This document shows, in pieces, positions 55,301-64,000 of a stretch of DNA of 64,000 nt. The DNA is taken from positions 64,835-128,834 of the forward strand of contig JBAZXG010000003.1 of the NCBI GenBank assembly GCA_041660005.1, read 5' to 3'. This stretch comes from Patescibacteria group bacterium (GTDB lineage Bacteria; Patescibacteriota; Patescibacteriia; GWA2-46-9). A program made the translations under genes and the position numbers. Every line of letters begins with the position of its first letter. The first letter of the stretch is position 1. Under the pieces are notes generated by a model, which saw only the letters and a list, made by a program, of their open reading frames with translations, was not told the origin of the DNA and searched no databases.

Positions 55301-55732
55301 ATGGAAAAGAAAGTTCTGATTTTCGGGACCTTTGATCTATTGCATCCTGGACACCTTAGTTTTTTAAAAGAGGCAGGCGACATCGGTTCGGTTGTCGTTG
55401 CGCTGACGCCTGACGCATTGTTGGTTACCTACAAAGGAAGGCCTGCAGTTAACCCGTATGCCGTAAGAAAAAGACGCCTTGAACGGCTTACCTGGGTGCA
55501 GGAAGTAGTCAGCGCAGATGCAATCCCAAATACGTATAGTATTTTGATGCGGGTTAAGCCCGAAGTCATTTTGCTCGGTTACGACCAAGGACACCTAGCA
55601 AAGCAGCTCACTACCCGCATTCGTGAGTACCATCTGAAGATTGACATTGTTATCGCGCGTCCTTATAGAGCTTCTATTTACCGTTCGTCGCTTTTTCGTG
55701 TACCAATGATAAAGGTTAAAGCTGCTGTCTAG
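55301..55732 (+). CDS. Cytidylyltransferase-like nucleotidyltransferase
   Basis: VLIFGTFDLLHPGHLSFL contains the (T/H)xGH motif; 143 aa. Confidence 0.65.
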   Translation: MEKKVLIFGTFDLLHPGHLSFLKEAGDIGSVVVALTPDALLVTYKGRPAVNPYAVRKRRLERLTWVQEVVSADAIPNTYSILMRVKPEVILLGYDQGHLAKQLTTRIREYHLKIDIVIARPYRASIYRSSLFRVPMIKVKAAV

Positions 55733-55779
55733 TTGCGCTGATAGCAACACACGCTATACTTAAAACATGCTTGATAAGT

Positions 55780-57063
55780 ATGCTTGATATTGAGATTCTT
55801 CGTAAACAACCACAGATAGTCATCGCCTCACTGAAAAAAAGGGGAGGGGATGTGGTAAGGGTTGATGAACTGATTAAATTGGATAATGCTTGGCGTTCAA
55901 AAACTGAAGAAGTTGAAGCACTGCGTTCAAAGCAAAAAACTTTATCAAATGAGCGTCGCATTGATGAGGCAAAGATCAATAAAGAGGCTATTAAGCAGGC
56001 CGAGAGCGAACTTTTAGAACTTCAGAGTATGCGTGATGCCGCTTGGATCGCTATTCCAAACATCTTGCATGAGGATGTACCCGAAGGAAAAGATGATTCA
56101 GAGAACAAGGTTATAAAGACGTGGGGTGTGCAACCGGCATTTACCTTCCCGCCGAAAGATCATATGGCGCTCGGTGAGTCACTGGATATTATTGACATGG
56201 AGCGCGCGGCTGAGGTTACGGGTGCTCGGTTCTACTACCTTAAGGGAGATGGGGCGCTGCTGGAGTTTGCATTACTCCACTATGCTATGTCGCGCTTAAC
56301 TGACGAAGCATGGATAGCTAAAGTTGCAGCTGCTGCGGGTGACGGTGTCAGCACGAAAACTTTTATACCGGTTATTCCTCCGGTGATGGTACGTCCGGAT
56401 GTTTTCGTTAAAATGGCGCGCCTACAACCCGGCGTCGACGAAGATGAGCGTTATTATATCCCGTCTGATGACCAGTACCTCATTGGCAGCGCGGAACATA
56501 CACTGGGTCCGCTCCACATGAACTCAACACTGAACGAAGATGACTTGCCCATACGGTATGTCGGTTTTTCTACCTGTTTCAGGCGCGAAGCCGGCTCTTA
56601 CGGAAAAGACACCAAAGGTATGATTCGCGTGCATCAGTTTGACAAGGTAGAAATGGAGACTTTCGCTACTGCGGATATGGCCACGCAGGAGCAAAACTTT
56701 TTAGTCACTGTTCAAGAAACGTTACTACAAGAACTTGGCTTGCCGTATCAAGTCGTGGCAGTGTGCGGCGGTGATATTGGTAGCCCTGATGCTCGACAAA
56801 TTGATTTGGAGTGTTGGATGCCCGGACAGCAGAAATATCGAGAAACAAATTCGGCTGATTTGGTCAGCGACTACCAAGCAAGACGCTTAAATACAAAAGT
56901 TCGTCGTAAAGAAGGCGTTGAATTCGTGCATATGAACGACGCAACAGCTATAGCCATGAGTCGCATCATTGTCGCTCTTTTAGAAAACTACCAGCAAGAG
57001 GATGGCACCATTGCCGTTCCGCAGGTTCTTCGTCCATTTATTGGCAAAGATAGGATCAGCTAA
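55780..57063 (+). CDS. serS: Serine--tRNA ligase
   Basis: N-terminal coiled-coil arm and class II motifs (FRREAGS, RVHQFDKVE, NDATAIAMSR). ATG at 55780, or TTG at 55771. Confidence 0.92.
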   Translation: MLDIEILRKQPQIVIASLKKRGGDVVRVDELIKLDNAWRSKTEEVEALRSKQKTLSNERRIDEAKINKEAIKQAESELLELQSMRDAAWIAIPNILHEDVPEGKDDSENKVIKTWGVQPAFTFPPKDHMALGESLDIIDMERAAEVTGARFYYLKGDGALLEFALLHYAMSRLTDEAWIAKVAAAAGDGVSTKTFIPVIPPVMVRPDVFVKMARLQPGVDEDERYYIPSDDQYLIGSAEHTLGPLHMNSTLNEDDLPIRYVGFSTCFRREAGSYGKDTKGMIRVHQFDKVEMETFATADMATQEQNFLVTVQETLLQELGLPYQVVAVCGGDIGSPDARQIDLECWMPGQQKYRETNSADLVSDYQARRLNTKVRRKEGVEFVHMNDATAIAMSRIIVALLENYQQEDGTIAVPQVLRPFIGKDRIS

Positions 57064-57081
57064 ATTGCTGCAATTCTTGTT

Positions 57082-58251
57082 ATGCAGCTTGATCCGAAGA
57101 CCGTTGAACTATCAAAAATTAAACAGATAGAACTGCTAGCGTCGGCGAGGCCCGATACTGTCTCCTTGGCTCAAGGAATACCATCATTTGACACGCCAGA
57201 CGAAGTCAAGCGTTTTGCTATTCGTGCCATCGAAGACGGTCGCGTTGCTAAATATTCGCTCGCCCCTGGTCTCATTGAACTACGTGAAGCCATTGAAGAA
57301 TCGCTGATTAAAGACAGTATGCACTACGACTCCGAAGAAGAAATAATTGTAACCGCAGGTTCAATCGAGGCAATAAGTGCGACCATGCTGGCGTTGTTAC
57401 AATCCGGCGATGAGGTCATTCTGTTTTCACCCAGTTATGTTTCTTACCGTCAGTCAATTTTATTGGCAAAGGCCAAACCGGTTTATGTACCTCTCGACGA
57501 AGAGCATGAGTGGAGCATCAATTTTGAAGCGCTTCTTGCGGCACTTACTTCGAATACGCGAGTCATTCTGATTTGTAATCCTAATAACCCAACCGGCAGC
57601 ATTTTTAAAAAAGACGATCTTCTTAAAATCGCGCAAATCGCTGAGAGCCGTAATCTTTTCGTTGTACTCGATGAGGTGTATAAAGATTTTATATACGATA
57701 ATCGTACGTTTTACTCACTAGCTACCGAAAGCAAATACCGTGACCGCGTCATTCGCGTCTATAGTTTTTCAAAAGCGTATGCAATGACCGGCTGGCGTAT
57801 TGGTTATTTACATACAAGTAAGGAGCTAGCGAGAAGAATTTTGGCCGTTCATGACGGTTTGGTAACATGCGCTCCGGTTGTGTCGCAGTACGCCGCACTT
57901 GGCGCGCTGACTCTTCCCGCAGCATCTTGGCAGGTTTATCTTGGCGAGTATAAAGCCCGTCGGGACCTCCTTGCGTCTTACCTTGATAAAATTGTAGGGT
58001 TAACCTACACCATGCCAACTGCCTCGTACTTTTTCTTCCCAAAAATTAATCGAAACGTGGTTAACAATTATGCTGATTCCGAAACTTTTGCCCTGCAAAT
58101 GCTCAGTATCGCAGGCGTTGCAACTGTCCCGGGTTCTGCATTCGGCCCAAGTGGAGAAGATCATCTTCGCCTATCTTTTGGCAGGGATCGGGAAACAATA
58201 AGTAAAGGCATGGAAAGAATGATGACATTTTTTAAATCACATGCCGACTAG
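57082..58251 (+). CDS. Class I/II pyridoxal-phosphate-dependent aminotransferase
   Basis: NPNNPTG, DEVY and SFSKAYAMTGWRIGY (PLP lysine). Confidence 0.85.
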   Translation: MQLDPKTVELSKIKQIELLASARPDTVSLAQGIPSFDTPDEVKRFAIRAIEDGRVAKYSLAPGLIELREAIEESLIKDSMHYDSEEEIIVTAGSIEAISATMLALLQSGDEVILFSPSYVSYRQSILLAKAKPVYVPLDEEHEWSINFEALLAALTSNTRVILICNPNNPTGSIFKKDDLLKIAQIAESRNLFVVLDEVYKDFIYDNRTFYSLATESKYRDRVIRVYSFSKAYAMTGWRIGYLHTSKELARRILAVHDGLVTCAPVVSQYAALGALTLPAASWQVYLGEYKARRDLLASYLDKIVGLTYTMPTASYFFFPKINRNVVNNYADSETFALQMLSIAGVATVPGSAFGPSGEDHLRLSFGRDRETISKGMERMMTFFKSHAD

Positions 58252-58987
58252 CTTAGTTAAAAATATTGTTCGAGTTTATCTTGGTGTTCTCGCACGCACG
58301 CGGGTTTTACGCAGTCAGTCTTACGTTGTTGTCGTGTCGGGTATTAACGGCAAGACAACCACAAAACGAGCAATTTACGACGCACTTAAGGATAGGAACT
58401 GCAATGTCTTCATGTCGGAAATGAATTACAATACGGATATTGGTTTACCCTTAACGATTCTTGGCTTAACCCCTCCACCAAGAAAGGCAGGGGAGTGGGC
58501 TATTGCCCTCTGCAAGGCCGCGATGAGTTCTCTGTTTGGAAAGAAACTTCCAGAATTCTTAGTTGTGGAATTTGGTATTGCAGACAAGGGTGACATGAAT
58601 AAACTTCTCACTGTAGTGAAGCCAAACATTACTGTTGTTACGAATACTCATTATTCGGACTTTAACCCCAATACAACACTTGATGAACTGGCGCACGAAC
58701 TGTCAGTGCTTGCAGCCGCAACTTCTACCAGGGGTCTTGTGGTTCTCGGGGGCGATAATGCTTACGTTGATGCATTGCGCTCTGCTACCAAAGCAAGAAC
58801 GGTAACGTTCGGTTTTGAAAAAAATAACGACATTGTTATTTCAAAAACAGACGAGACGGTGGATGGTACAACCATTTTAATCAACAATAAAGAGTACACT
58901 GTTGCATCATCGGGGAATAATCATTTTTATGCTTTTACTGCTGCTCAGCTCGTCAGCGACTTCATTTTCAAAAAAATAAAAGAATAA
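58241..58987 (+). CDS. Short Mur-ligase-family protein (central ATPase domain only)
   Basis: P-loop SGINGKTTTK, VVEFGIADKGDM, VVTNTHYSDF. At only 248 aa it has no C-terminal Mur ligase domain. Confidence 0.55.
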   Translation: MPTSLVKNIVRVYLGVLARTRVLRSQSYVVVVSGINGKTTTKRAIYDALKDRNCNVFMSEMNYNTDIGLPLTILGLTPPPRKAGEWAIALCKAAMSSLFGKKLPEFLVVEFGIADKGDMNKLLTVVKPNITVVTNTHYSDFNPNTTLDELAHELSVLAAATSTRGLVVLGGDNAYVDALRSATKARTVTFGFEKNNDIVISKTDETVDGTTILINNKEYTVASSGNNHFYAFTAAQLVSDFIFKKIKE

Positions 58988-58992
58988 CGTGT

Positions 58993-59817
58993 ATGTTCGA
59001 TAAGCTACACTGGCGCTACCAACCAAAGAGAGTTTCGCCCTATAGAGACAATACTAAACAGGTGATAAAAAAGGGGTTGCGACCTTTCTGGATAGTTGTT
59101 TTTATTATTATCGCAGGTATTGTCTACCTACTCTTCGGCACTCGTTTTTTTTATATTAATAAGATCAATGTCCAGGGGACTCGCTATCTTGAAAAGCAAC
59201 AAATTGTCGACAAAGTTAACGCGCTATTACAGCATCGTCGTTGGTTCATTATCCCTGAGTCAAATATCTTCTTTACGCCAGTGGCGCAGATCCAGAGCGA
59301 CTTAACGGATATACGTTTAGAACGTATCAGCGTAACTCGCTCATTTCCAAGTACGTTGAATATTCAAATTACCGAGAAGCAGGCCAGTGCCTTCTGGAGC
59401 TCTGGTAACCGATGGTATGAGCTCGATAAAAACGGATTTATCATGAGCGAGGTGGTCAAACCCAGCGATAATAGTGTCAAAATTACCTTTGCGAACTCCT
59501 TAGAGCCGGCAGAAATTGGTAAGCAGGTAATAGACCCGAAACTTCTTGAGGAGGCGCTAGCTATTAAAGCGAACTTGCCAGACCTGCCAGTAACCGCGCT
59601 TGATGTATTTGTGATTGATCCTGCGAACCCATACACGATCAGTTTCAGAAACAAACAAGGTGCACTCATTTATTTTACGACCGAACTTTCGCTACAAACG
59701 CAACTTCAGAAACTGACAATTTTTAACAATGACAAAAATAGAACGGAAGCCGGTTGGCAGGATAAAATTCATTACATTGACTTAAGATACGGCACAACAA
59801 AAGTCTATTATCAATAA
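58993..59817 (+). CDS. ftsQ: FtsQ-type cell division protein (POTRA domain)
   Basis: N-terminal TM helix, then POTRA-like INKINVQGTRYLEKQQIVDKV and an FtsQ-like beta domain. Confidence 0.65.
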   Translation: MFDKLHWRYQPKRVSPYRDNTKQVIKKGLRPFWIVVFIIIAGIVYLLFGTRFFYINKINVQGTRYLEKQQIVDKVNALLQHRRWFIIPESNIFFTPVAQIQSDLTDIRLERISVTRSFPSTLNIQITEKQASAFWSSGNRWYELDKNGFIMSEVVKPSDNSVKITFANSLEPAEIGKQVIDPKLLEEALAIKANLPDLPVTALDVFVIDPANPYTISFRNKQGALIYFTTELSLQTQLQKLTIFNNDKNRTEAGWQDKIHYIDLRYGTTKVYYQ

Positions 59818-60393
59818 ATTATTGTGCGACACATAGATATTCTGCAGACGATCGAGAGGGCACAGAGTAGTTCGAATAGTCGAGTCTATATAAATGATGA
59901 TAGAAAGGACCCTGTCCTATGGACAAAAATCTTCAACGCAAGGCTTGCGTTAGTCATATTAAGTCCCGATGGACTATCTGGTTAATAACTTAAATTTAGA
60001 CTCAATTCAAGGCTTTTAAATGCCCTGGGCTGCGTTCAATCTGAACCAGCTAAGTGTTTATACCTTTGACACGTTCTTGTTGGACTTCGGTAATTATAAT
60101 CGTTGCTGATAATCAGACATGGAGAATTTCTACCTAGGCACACTCTCTATAAGAAAGAAGACACTAAACTAGAAATGTAGGGTCAGAAGAAAATGGGCGG
60201 TAACGACTTACTTATGGATAACCATTACTTTAGTGTCGTATAAGATATATTGTGCGACTCATACATAATATAACTTATGAAGTTAAAACTACTCCCCTAT
60301 AGTATTTACACCCGCGGAGATTGTCTGAATCTCGCGCGGGTGTAATCGTATCGCCTCCTTCTTGTAACTAATTATTGTCTGGTTGCGTGGCGG

Positions 60394-61485
60394 CTATCTT
60401 GTGGTGTGTAACTCGCCGGCGAATGTTCCCCGGAATTCGACTTGCGGCTCGTCTCCGCGGCGGTTCACCACTTGGCCTATCTGGATGGCAGACTCCCCGA
60501 CCGGTCGCAGGCGCGGTGAACAACGCAGCTCGCCGTTTTCGACCACGCTAACCATCTGGATACCTTGATTGAAGACGTGATCCATTTCATCAGGATCGAT
60601 CTGGCCGACGAATTGAGCCATCCGCAGTATCGGCGGCCGATCCCAGGCATCGCGATTCAGTACGACCTTGAGCGTCGACGGGAGAATGCGCGGGATGTTC
60701 TCGACGAGACCGCCGCCCGTGATGTGAGCATGAGCCGCAAAAACGGTACCCAGCTTACGCTCAGCCTCGCAGGCGTCGATGTACATCTGCGTCGGTACCA
60801 TCAGCGCGTCAGCGAGAGTGTCGTCGAGATCTGACCAGTACTTTGCAAGTCGGCGCAGAACAGTTCTCGGACCGGCATTCAGCCCGAAGACTCGCCGCAG
60901 TAGCGAATAGCCATTCGCTCCCGGTCCCTTCGAGGGCCAACCGTAGACACATTGTCCAGCTTTGACCGCTCCGGTAATCGTTCCGGCAGAAAAGCCGATG
61001 CCGAAAGCAGCGATGTCGAAACCGTTTGCTCTCCGGAACATTCCCGGATGCTCAGCTGTTTCTCCACCGATCAGTCTGCACCCGGCAGCCTTGCAGGCAG
61101 CGATGACGCCGTCGATCACCTCGATGTGGTCTTCTGGCACGAGCTTCGCGACCGCCAGATAGTCGAGGGCAAAGGCGGGTTGGTGGCCCGCGCAGTACAG
61201 GTCGACCAGAGCCATGGCGCCAGCATCGCTCCCGACCCCCTTGTAGTAGCCGCGACCAAGCACTGCAGCGATGTCCGGCTTTGTGCCCGCGCCATCGGTT
61301 GATGCCGCTAAGCGCGCTACCCGCCGACGAGCGCTCCGAGGAATCAATCCCCCGCCAGCAAACCCGCCGATTTCATCCCCTCCGCCTGGCCAGGCCTTCT
61401 CTATTCGTGCTTTCACGAGATCCTCGAAGACACCTGCCGCAGAAAGGCTGACTCCGGCTTGTTCGTACAGTCTTGCAGTTGTCAA
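60394..61485 (-). CDS. purM: Phosphoribosylformylglycinamidine cyclo-ligase (AIR synthase, PurM), compositionally foreign
   Basis: STDGAGTK, GGETAEHPGMF and HITGGGLVENIPRILP match PurM motifs. TTG start with an AAGGAG Shine-Dalgarno 9 nt upstream. A spot count gives 39/60 GC at 60661-60720. Confidence 0.85.
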   Translation of the reverse strand: MTTARLYEQAGVSLSAAGVFEDLVKARIEKAWPGGGDEIGGFAGGGLIPRSARRRVARLAASTDGAGTKPDIAAVLGRGYYKGVGSDAGAMALVDLYCAGHQPAFALDYLAVAKLVPEDHIEVIDGVIAACKAAGCRLIGGETAEHPGMFRRANGFDIAAFGIGFSAGTITGAVKAGQCVYGWPSKGPGANGYSLLRRVFGLNAGPRTVLRRLAKYWSDLDDTLADALMVPTQMYIDACEAERKLGTVFAAHAHITGGGLVENIPRILPSTLKVVLNRDAWDRPPILRMAQFVGQIDPDEMDHVFNQGIQMVSVVENGELRCSPRLRPVGESAIQIGQVVNRRGDEPQVEFRGTFAGELHTTR

Positions 61486-61677
61486 TGTCGTTCACTCCTT
61501 ATAGAAACGTCTCACGGTTGATCCGTGGCGGAAACATCTTATCACTTAACTCAAATTTTGCAATTGATTTTTTAATAACTACTGTACTCGTTGCGCCGCG
61601 TAGCTTTTGTTTCCCTTACTTTAATGCTTTAAAGTATTGATGTATTTCGAAAGACAATCAAGACTTAGCTTATTAAG

Positions 61678-62430
61678 CTACTCCTTGATCGACGCACTAA
61701 AACTTTCACCTCGAACGTAAAGATAGTCGCTGCTCGTCTCACGCTGATGACGGATAGACAAGTACACCATCAAAAAAGCGGCGCAGTACAGTATTCTAAA
61801 AACGACGAGTTGCCAGTCAGAAACAACCTTTGCGAGGTCAATAGCTCCTAAGAAAATATACAGAAGAATGGCACTGTTATACAGCAATTCATAACCCGAA
61901 GCCCTGCTTTTTTTCATTTTCCATTCACGGTATTTTGTTACTGAGTCATAGAGAAGTAAAAGCGCCAGCACCGCTATTGAAACGCGAAACAGTATGGCTG
62001 AAACCGGGTTAGCTACCGCTTCTGTTGTAAAAAAAGTTATGGGTTCAAAAATTACGCCGTTGGGTTGCGCCAAAAACCAACTCCCTATAACAGAAACAAT
62101 AAATGAAAGGAACGCTAAAATACGTGCAATGCGAACGTTTTTAAAAACTTTCAATCCTACGTAATAGTAGAGTGGTATACCGCTCAAAAAAACAGTCGCC
62201 TGACTGAAAACCGCTGAGGTAAAGCGTGGAAAATCCTCAACTCCAACTCCTAATAGAGTATTTCGGTACGCGTTCTGAGCCCATAGGAGGCCCGTAGCGA
62301 GCCAGAACAGCCCATAAGCACTCATAATATGGCTAAGATGCTTAGAAAAGAGCTCATAAACTAATATAAATGCAACCACTGATACGACAGCGGTTACAAA
62401 TGCATGGAAAATGAGCCCAATGCTTACCAT
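61678..62430 (-). CDS. Hypothetical polytopic membrane protein
   Basis: 250-aa ORF with about 7 hydrophobic helices. No family recognised. Confidence 0.45.
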   Translation of the reverse strand: MVSIGLIFHAFVTAVVSVVAFILVYELFSKHLSHIMSAYGLFWLATGLLWAQNAYRNTLLGVGVEDFPRFTSAVFSQATVFLSGIPLYYYVGLKVFKNVRIARILAFLSFIVSVIGSWFLAQPNGVIFEPITFFTTEAVANPVSAILFRVSIAVLALLLLYDSVTKYREWKMKKSRASGYELLYNSAILLYIFLGAIDLAKVVSDWQLVVFRILYCAAFLMVYLSIRHQRETSSDYLYVRGESFSASIKE

Positions 62431-62439
62431 GGTGAAATT

Positions 62440-63660
62440 TTACGGAAGGTAACGCACAGGGTCAACCGAAACGCCGTTTTCATGAACCTCGAAGTGAAGG
62501 TGCGGCCCAGAGCTGTACGGTCCGGTACCTGGTGCGCCAGGAGTAGCGCCAGAAAGTGCAATAACCTGACCCTGAGTTACAAAAGTATCTTGGGCAACAA
62601 GCGCGCTCGATATGTGGCCGTACACGGTCGTCAATCCACCGTCGTGAATCAAGGCAATATACCAATAATTTCGAGGGTTACCTGTTTTAATTTTTGCGAC
62701 ATAACCGGATGCCGCAGCCCGAATTGGTGTCCCCTGCGCAGCTCTAATATCGATTGCATTGTGCTCAAAAAGGTAACGAAGCGGATAGTCGGGGTCTCGG
62801 AAATTGGTTGTAACTTTGTTCTTGGGAACTGGCCAAATAAGTCTTGGTGCGGGACCGTTGGTTTGCACGCCTTCCGCCTTCAACTTATCACGGACAGTCT
62901 GTTCTAAAGCGGCAACTTCTCTATTGGCTTGCTCTTGCTGATCTTTAACTTGTTGCAATAGCGCTGAGAATCGTTGTTCGGAGGACTTTGTTTGATCCAA
63001 AACATATCTCTTCAAAGACTGCCGATCCTCTAAGTCTAGAGACTGCTGACGTAGATCATCTGTCGCTGAAATAAGCTCCCCGCGCTTATTTTCAATTTGC
63101 TTTTTTTCGTCAGCCAACGCTTGCCGTGTTGCGTCTACTTCAACAATGACATTGTCGAGCTTATTTTGAAGCGTTTGTAGGTTTTGCAGATGACTGTAAA
63201 AAGTAGAAAAATTTTGCGTCGTAAAAAGTGCTTGCAGTGGCGAACGGCTTCTCTCACGAACCAAATAACGAAGTAGCGAACCAAGATCTGCTCGAAGTGA
63301 AGTCAGTTTATCTTGCTTGTCGTTAATTTCAGTTTCCAGGTTGCTTATTTCTAAATTCACTTTTTCAATATTTAACTGACCAGTCTCAATGTTAATTTGG
63401 GTTTTAGAAATTTGGTCACTGAGTATGCCTAACTGGTTTGCCAAGGTACGTTTTTCACTTTGCTTTTGCTTCAAACTTTTTTGGTACTCTGCTGCTTGCT
63501 CCTGCAGCTTTTTCATTTCTTCTTGCTTGGCGTTTATCTGCTGCTGCAGTGCGGTTATTTCATTACTGTCTGCGGCAAATACGTTGAAGCTGTACATCGG
63601 CAACAGTGAAAAGATTACAGCCACAAAAATTGTTAGTATGCCGTGCTTAATCATTTGCAT
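62440..63660 (-). CDS. M23-family metallopeptidase with N-terminal coiled coil (EnvC/PcsB-like)
   Basis: Signal anchor, about 230 aa of Q/E/L-rich coiled coil, and a C-terminal M23 domain with HNAIDI and GPHLHFEV. Confidence 0.85.
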   Translation of the reverse strand: MQMIKHGILTIFVAVIFSLLPMYSFNVFAADSNEITALQQQINAKQEEMKKLQEQAAEYQKSLKQKQSEKRTLANQLGILSDQISKTQINIETGQLNIEKVNLEISNLETEINDKQDKLTSLRADLGSLLRYLVRERSRSPLQALFTTQNFSTFYSHLQNLQTLQNKLDNVIVEVDATRQALADEKKQIENKRGELISATDDLRQQSLDLEDRQSLKRYVLDQTKSSEQRFSALLQQVKDQQEQANREVAALEQTVRDKLKAEGVQTNGPAPRLIWPVPKNKVTTNFRDPDYPLRYLFEHNAIDIRAAQGTPIRAAASGYVAKIKTGNPRNYWYIALIHDGGLTTVYGHISSALVAQDTFVTQGQVIALSGATPGAPGTGPYSSGPHLHFEVHENGVSVDPVRYLP

Positions 63661-64000
63661 TGGTTAATTTTACGAGCGCACTGTCAATACGCTCCAGGAC
63701 AGACGCCTTTCCTATTACGCACGCAATGGTAAATGGACTTGGGCTAACCGCTTCGCCAGAAAGCGCAGTCCTGAGTGGCCACAGGGTCTCCCCTACTCCC
63801 AAATTGTCTTTGGTTATTGTAGCCCGTAATTCGCTCTCGAATTTTTGCTCCTCAAAAAAGTTATCACCTAAATTAGTTACCCACGCACGAATAGCACGTA
63901 ATCGTTCAATGGTTGTATCTTTATTTGATTTTTTGGGTACGAGGAGTGCTGGGTCGTAGTCAAAATTTGGATCAAGATAAACCTTCAGTGCGTCTGGTAG
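63647..64000 (-). CDS. gltX: Glutamate--tRNA ligase, C-terminal part; 5' end outside window
   Basis: The minus-strand frame is open from 64000 to a TAA at 63647-63649. Its translation ...ETLWPLRTALSGEAVSPSPFTIACVIGKASVLERIDSAL resembles the GltX anticodon-binding C-terminus. Confidence 0.6.
   Translation of the reverse strand, partial: LPDALKVYLDPNFDYDPALLVPKKSNKDTTIERLRAIRAWVTNLGDNFFEEQKFESELRATITKDNLGVGETLWPLRTALSGEAVSPSPFTIACVIGKASVLERIDSALVKLTNAND

Noticed and set aside
63660-63959. ORF 63660..63959 (+), 99 aa.
   Set aside because: It is antisense to a better-supported minus-strand frame that reads as the GltX C-terminus and stays open to the window edge.
1-64000. A scan for CRISPR arrays, rRNA genes, transposases, integrases and reverse transcriptases.
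   Set aside because: I saw no regularly spaced direct repeats, no rRNA signature strings and no ORF with integrase, transposase or RT motifs. The islands therefore appear to lack their own mobility genes within this window.

Overview
The gene content suggests a small-genome, Patescibacteria/CPR-type bacterium, possibly Saccharibacteria-like; this is an inference, not a database result. Spot counts of single 60-nt lines give a core GC of roughly 45-50%. The core is compact and mostly on the + strand. It starts with an envelope-glycan locus: GT1, DUF4012, a DUF11-like surface protein, a WecA/MraY-type transferase and three GT2 enzymes. Then come an unusual membrane-anchored Clp/Hsp100 ATPase, mreB, rplU, recR, dnaB and a copper-resistance locus with copZ and copA. 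Division and envelope genes are an FtsB-like gene, ftsEX, an FtsQ-like gene and an M23 peptidase, and lemA sits next to a TPM-domain gene. Further along are transporters, HtrA, NDH-2, greA, lysS, serS and a partial gltX. I found four tRNAs (Lys-UUU, Thr-CGU, Gly-CCC, Gln-UUG) and no rRNA, CRISPR array, integrase or transposase. Accessory content falls in three places. (1) A low-GC block of about 12 kb (29.8-42.1 kb) starts at tRNA-Gln. It opens with tandem GC-rich units that contain degraded copies of the tRNA-Gln 3' end. Next is a five-gene cassette: a GIY-YIG/T5orf172 nuclease, an unknown protein, a DpnI-like zinc-ribbon nuclease, a membrane coiled-coil protein and an AlbA_2/Schlafen-like protein. 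I consider this cassette the best candidate for an undescribed defence system. The block also holds an AbiEi/AbiEii module between diverged duplicates of a membrane-protein gene, a RelB/RelE pair and a nucleotide/NAD-related enzyme set. (2) A single low-GC membrane-protein gene lies between tRNA-Thr and tRNA-Gly, each followed by an identical 58-bp hairpin-rich repeat. (3) A lone purM of about 62-65% GC is flanked by ORF-free AT-rich DNA, which points to horizontal acquisition. All domain calls come from motif reading and memory of the families and need profile searches to confirm.
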